Positions 60,538-64,000 of a DNA stretch of 64,000 nt are shown one piece after another. How positions within the stretch are numbered: position 1 is the stretch's first letter; the number at the start of each line of letters is the position of its first letter. Source of the stretch: an uncultured Acidobacteriota bacterium (GTDB lineage Bacteria > Acidobacteriota > Thermoanaerobaculia > Gp7-AA8). The notes beneath the pieces were generated by a model, which saw nothing but the letters and a program-made list of their open reading frames with translations, did not search any database and had not been told where the DNA came from. The stretch spans positions 1,856,001 to 1,920,000 of the forward strand of contig CAWGHO010000002.1 of assembly GCA_963822445.1 (NCBI GenBank), in the 5' to 3' direction. Position numbers and translations under genes: made by a program.

Positions 60538-61326
60538 TTGGCGGTCTCTATTACGATGAAAGAGCTTTTGGAGGCTGGCGTCCACTTCGGTCATCAGACC
60601 AAGCGCTGGAACCCGAAGATGAAGAAGTACATCTTCGGCAAGCGCAACGGGATCTACATCATTGACCTGCAGAAGACGCTGAAGCTCTTTAAAGAAGCCT
60701 CGGCATTCATTTCGGATCTCTCGTCCGGCGGTAAGCGCATCCTGTTCGTCGGGACCAAGCGCCAGGCCCAGGACGCCATTCTCGAGGAGGCCAACCGCTG
60801 CGGCATGTTCTACGTGAACAACCGCTGGCTGGGCGGCACCCTGACCAACTTCACCACCGTCCGCAAATCGATCGAGCGTTTGAAAGAGATCGAAGCGCTG
60901 CTCAACGACGCCGAGAAGGAAATGTCGAAGAAAGAGCGCGCCGCTCTCGACAAGGAGCGCGACAAGCTCCAGAAGAACCTGATCGGGATCCGCGAGATGG
61001 ACGGCCTTCCGGATGCGCTCTTCGTGATCGATCCGAAGAAGGAGTACATCGCGGTGAAGGAAGCCAAGAAGCTCGGCATCCCCGTGGTGGCGATCGTCGA
61101 CACCAACTGCGACCCGGAAGACATCGACTACGTCATCCCGGGCAACGACGACGCGATCCGCGCGATCCGTCTGTTCACGCAGAAGATCGCCGATGCGGTC
61201 CTCGAGGGCTACAACCTCGCCGAGGAGCGCTACATCGGGACCGAGGACAAGGGCGACGAGAACGTTCGTCCGATCGCTCCGGAAGTTCCGGCTTCCGAGC
61301 CGATGCAGGCCGTTCCGGCGGTCTGA
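60538..61326 (+). CDS. rpsB: 30S ribosomal protein S2
   Basis: [32 protein letters not shown]; TTG start after AAGGAGG. Confidence 0.97.
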   Translation: MAVSITMKELLEAGVHFGHQTKRWNPKMKKYIFGKRNGIYIIDLQKTLKLFKEASAFISDLSSGGKRILFVGTKRQAQDAILEEANRCGMFYVNNRWLGGTLTNFTTVRKSIERLKEIEALLNDAEKEMSKKERAALDKERDKLQKNLIGIREMDGLPDALFVIDPKKEYIAVKEAKKLGIPVVAIVDTNCDPEDIDYVIPGNDDAIRAIRLFTQKIADAVLEGYNLAEERYIGTEDKGDENVRPIAPEVPASEPMQAVPAV

Positions 61327-61401
61327 TCTCCCACCGACTTTCTTTGTGGAGCGGGGCCGTTCAGGTCCCGCTCCACGCATTTCCCTGCGAGAGGCAATCA
61401 A

Positions 61402-62310
61402 ATGACGATTACCCCCCAACTCATCAAAGAGCTGCGCGAGCAGACCGGCGCCGGTTTCGGCGACGTCAAGGCTGCGCTGACTGAAGCAAACGGCAACATG
61501 GAAGAGGCCACGAAGATCCTCCGCAAGAAGGGTCTCGCCGCGGCCGGCAAGAAAGCGGGACGGGTCACCGCGGAGGGTGCGGTCGTCGCTCACGTCGACG
61601 GCAAAACCGGTGTGCTGGTCGAAGTGAACTGCGAGACCGATTTCGTCGGCCGCAACGAAGTCTTCCAGCGCTTCGCCGCGGAAGTCGCCCGCGTGATCGC
61701 CCAGAGCAAGGCCAATTCGGTCGATGAGCTCCTGGCCGAGAAGTGGCCCGGCAGCGACGAGCCGGTGGCCCAGAAGGTCGCCGAGCAGATCGCGTCGATC
61801 AAGGAGAACATCTCCGTCCGCCGCTTCGCCCGCTACGAGTCGCCCGAGAACGGCGTGATCAACTCGTACATCCACGGCGGCGGCAAGATCGGCGTCATGG
61901 TCGAAGTGACCGGCTCGAATCGCGAGCACGCCACCGAGATCGCCAAGGACGTGGCCATGCACATCGCCGCGGCCGAGCCGCGCTTCCTGCGCCGCGAGGA
62001 CGTGACCGAGAAGGACCTCGAGACCGAGCGCGAGATCGCCCGCGACGCGGCCCTCAAGTCCGGCAAACCGGAGAACATCGTCGAGAAGATGGTGTCCGGC
62101 AAGATGGAGAAGTTCTACGGTGAGGCCTGCCTCCTCGAGCAGCCCTACATCAAGGACGACAAGTCCACCGTCAGCCAGTACCTCGGCAAGCGTGGCAAGG
62201 ATTCGAACTGCGAGTTCGTGATCACCCGCTTCACCCGCTACAAACTGGGTGAGGGGATCGAGAAGCGCAGCGAGGATTTCGCGGCGGAAGTCGCCTCGTA
62301 CATGAAGTAA
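61402..62310 (+). CDS. tsf: Translation elongation factor Ts
   Basis: KELREQTGAG, EVNCETDFV, YIH, AMHIAA, GEGIEK. Confidence 0.96.
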   Translation: MTITPQLIKELREQTGAGFGDVKAALTEANGNMEEATKILRKKGLAAAGKKAGRVTAEGAVVAHVDGKTGVLVEVNCETDFVGRNEVFQRFAAEVARVIAQSKANSVDELLAEKWPGSDEPVAQKVAEQIASIKENISVRRFARYESPENGVINSYIHGGGKIGVMVEVTGSNREHATEIAKDVAMHIAAAEPRFLRREDVTEKDLETEREIARDAALKSGKPENIVEKMVSGKMEKFYGEACLLEQPYIKDDKSTVSQYLGKRGKDSNCEFVITRFTRYKLGEGIEKRSEDFAAEVASYMK

Positions 62311-62331
62311 TCACCCCCATTTCGATCAATG

Positions 62332-62357
62332 AAAGGCGGCCTTCGGGCCGCTTTTTT
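62332..62357 (+). terminator. Rho-independent terminator after tsf
   Basis: AAAGGCGGCC-TTCG-GGCCGCTTTTTT. Confidence 0.88.
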
Positions 62358-62435
62358 GTTGCTGGGTTGCTGGGTTGCTGGGTTGCTGGGTACCCTCCAC
62401 CCCGCAGCACCCCAGCAACCCAGTAACCCGGTAAC
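62358..62435. repeat. Hairpin of inverted tandem 8-mers GTTGCTGG x4 / CCAGYAAC-like x4
   Basis: Read directly in the tsf-pyrH spacer. Confidence 0.85.
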
Positions 62436-62457
62436 TTTCTGATATAACCCGCCCCGC

Positions 62458-63189
62458 ATGGCCGACCCCAAGTACAAACGAATCTGTCTCAAACTCTCAG
62501 GCGAAGCACTCATGGGCGGGCGGCGGCAGGGCATCGATCCGGAAACGCTGGCGGCCATCGCGGACGAGATCGGCGAAGTCCAGAAGATGGGCGTGCAGAT
62601 CGTGATCGTCATCGGCGGCGGCAACATCTTTCGCGGCGTGACCGCGGCCACCGAGGGGATCGATCGCGTGGCCGGCGATCACATGGGCATGCTCGCGACC
62701 GTCATCAACGCCATCGCCCTGCAGGACGCACTCGAGCGCCGCAGCATCAACACGCGCGTCACGACCGCGATCACGATGTCCGAGGTCGCCGAGCCGTTCA
62801 TCCGCCGCCGCGCGATGCGGCATCTCGAAAAGAGTCGCGTGGTCATCTGCGCCGCCGGTACCGGCAATCCGTTCTTCACCACCGACTCCGCTGCCGCGTT
62901 ACGCGCCGCCGAGCTGAAGTGCGACATCATCTTCAAGGCCACGAAGGTCGACGGCATCTACACCGCCGATCCGGAAAAAGACCCGAACGCCATCCGCCTT
63001 CCGCACGTCACCTATCAGCGCGTGCTCGCGGAGCGGCTGCAGGTCATGGATGCCGCGGCCATCGATCTCGCCCGCAACAGTTCCATTCCGATCTACATCT
63101 TCTCGCTGCGCGAGAAGGGCAATATCAAGAGAGCGCTGCTCGGCGAGGACGTCGGCTCGATCGTGTCCGACGAGCTGCCCGCGGCGTAA
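62458..63189 (+). CDS. pyrH: UMP kinase
   Basis: LKLSGEAL, GGGNIFRG, MGMLAT, GTGNPFFTTD. Confidence 0.96.
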   Translation: MADPKYKRICLKLSGEALMGGRRQGIDPETLAAIADEIGEVQKMGVQIVIVIGGGNIFRGVTAATEGIDRVAGDHMGMLATVINAIALQDALERRSINTRVTTAITMSEVAEPFIRRRAMRHLEKSRVVICAAGTGNPFFTTDSAAALRAAELKCDIIFKATKVDGIYTADPEKDPNAIRLPHVTYQRVLAERLQVMDAAAIDLARNSSIPIYIFSLREKGNIKRALLGEDVGSIVSDELPAA

Positions 63190-63202
63190 TCAGGAGCAAA
63201 GC

Positions 63203-63764
63203 ATGCCGACCCAGGACGTGATGAAAGATGTGCTCACCGCATGGACAGCTCGATCGAGTCGCTGAACGCACACTTCAAGACCCTTCGCACCGGCCGCGCG
63301 AATGCGGCGATGCTCGACACCGTGCAGGTCGATTACTACGGCACGCCGACGCCGATCTCGCAGGCGGCCAGCGTCAAAGTTCCGGAGCCCGCGCTGATCG
63401 TGGTCGAGCCGTGGGACAAGTCGATGGTCGGCGCCGATCGAGAAAGCCATCCGCACCGCCGACCTCGGCTTCAACCCCGCCTCGGACGGCAAGGTCATTC
63501 GCGTGCCCGGTCCCGCAGCTGACCGAAGAGCGCCGCAAGGAGCTCGTGAAGAAGGCTCACGACATGGCCGAGGAGGCGCGCACCGCCATCCGCCAGGTGC
63601 GCCGCGACGGCAACGACCGCCTCAAGAAAATGCTCAAGAATCAAGAGATCTCCGAGGACGACGAGAAGCGCGCCCTCGACGAGATCCAGAAGCTGACCGA
63701 CAAGCACATCGACGAAGTGGCCAACGTGCTGAAGCACAAAGAGCACGACATCATGGCCGTCTGA
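63203..63764 (+). CDS. frr: Ribosome recycling factor (three apparent indels, probably sequencing errors)
   Basis: [35 protein letters not shown] spread over three frames; follows pyrH. Confidence 0.88.
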
Positions 63765-64000
63765 TGCGCGACCTCGCCGTCATCGTTCCCGCAGCCGGCT
63801 CCGGATCGCGTTTCGGCGGCGGTCCATTCCCAAGCAGTTTCAGGAGCTCGCCGGGAAACCGATCATCCAGCACGTCATCGAGCGTTTTCTGCTGAACGAA
63901 AACGTTGCTCGGGTGATCGTGCCGGTCTCGCAGCAATTGCTGCGCCGGCGTGAAGAACAGCGAGCGGGTGACGTTCGTCGCCGGTGGTGAGACGCGGCAG
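63764..64000 (+). CDS. ispD: 2-C-methyl-D-erythritol 4-phosphate cytidylyltransferase, partial and frameshifted
   Basis: IVPAAGSGSRFG, PKQF, VAGGETRQ across frames; runs off window. Confidence 0.7.

Noticed and set aside
61346-61376. Terminator between rpsB and tsf
   Set aside because: Strong hairpin but no adjacent U-tract on the sense strand; ordinary intercistronic stem-loop
63203-64000. frr and ispD as pseudogenes or programmed frameshifts
   Set aside because: frr is normally essential; three scattered single-base indels (about 63235, 63435, 63508) plus more in ispD point to low-quality sequence

Overview
High-GC bacterial chromosomal window made up mostly of housekeeping genes. Gene content (lipid A genes, IPTL-CTERM proteins, clpC near bamA) suggests Acidobacteriota, possibly Thermoanaerobaculia; this is inference. 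Main blocks: a lysine/DAP operon (asd-lysC-dapB-dapA-dapD), moeA, lolD-clpC, bamA-skp-lpxD-fabZ-lpxA-(gnnA-like)-mtnP-pfkB, nadK with a ClpX paralog lacking the zinc domain, comEA-fimT, a SigR/SigH-like ECF sigma with a zf-HC2 anti-sigma, folD-coaE, and rplM-rpsI-rpsB-tsf-pyrH-frr-ispD. No rRNA, tRNA, CRISPR array, transposase or integrase was seen. Most notable: (1) a coupled N6-adenine DNA methyltransferase + compact SNF2 helicase pair with no visible nuclease, near DNA-uptake genes; (2) intergenic hairpins built from inverted tandem 7/8-mers, one pair bracketing a compositionally atypical gene; (3) two copies of a four-hairpin REP-like element with covarying stems; (4) layered sigma70/sigmaR/sigma54 promoter motifs around the ECF locus, whose sigma has a very acidic tail; (5) a PTPS-III-type (ExxHGH) enzyme. 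Several indels in frr/ispD indicate sequencing errors near the right end. All calls come from reading motifs by eye; no searches were run.
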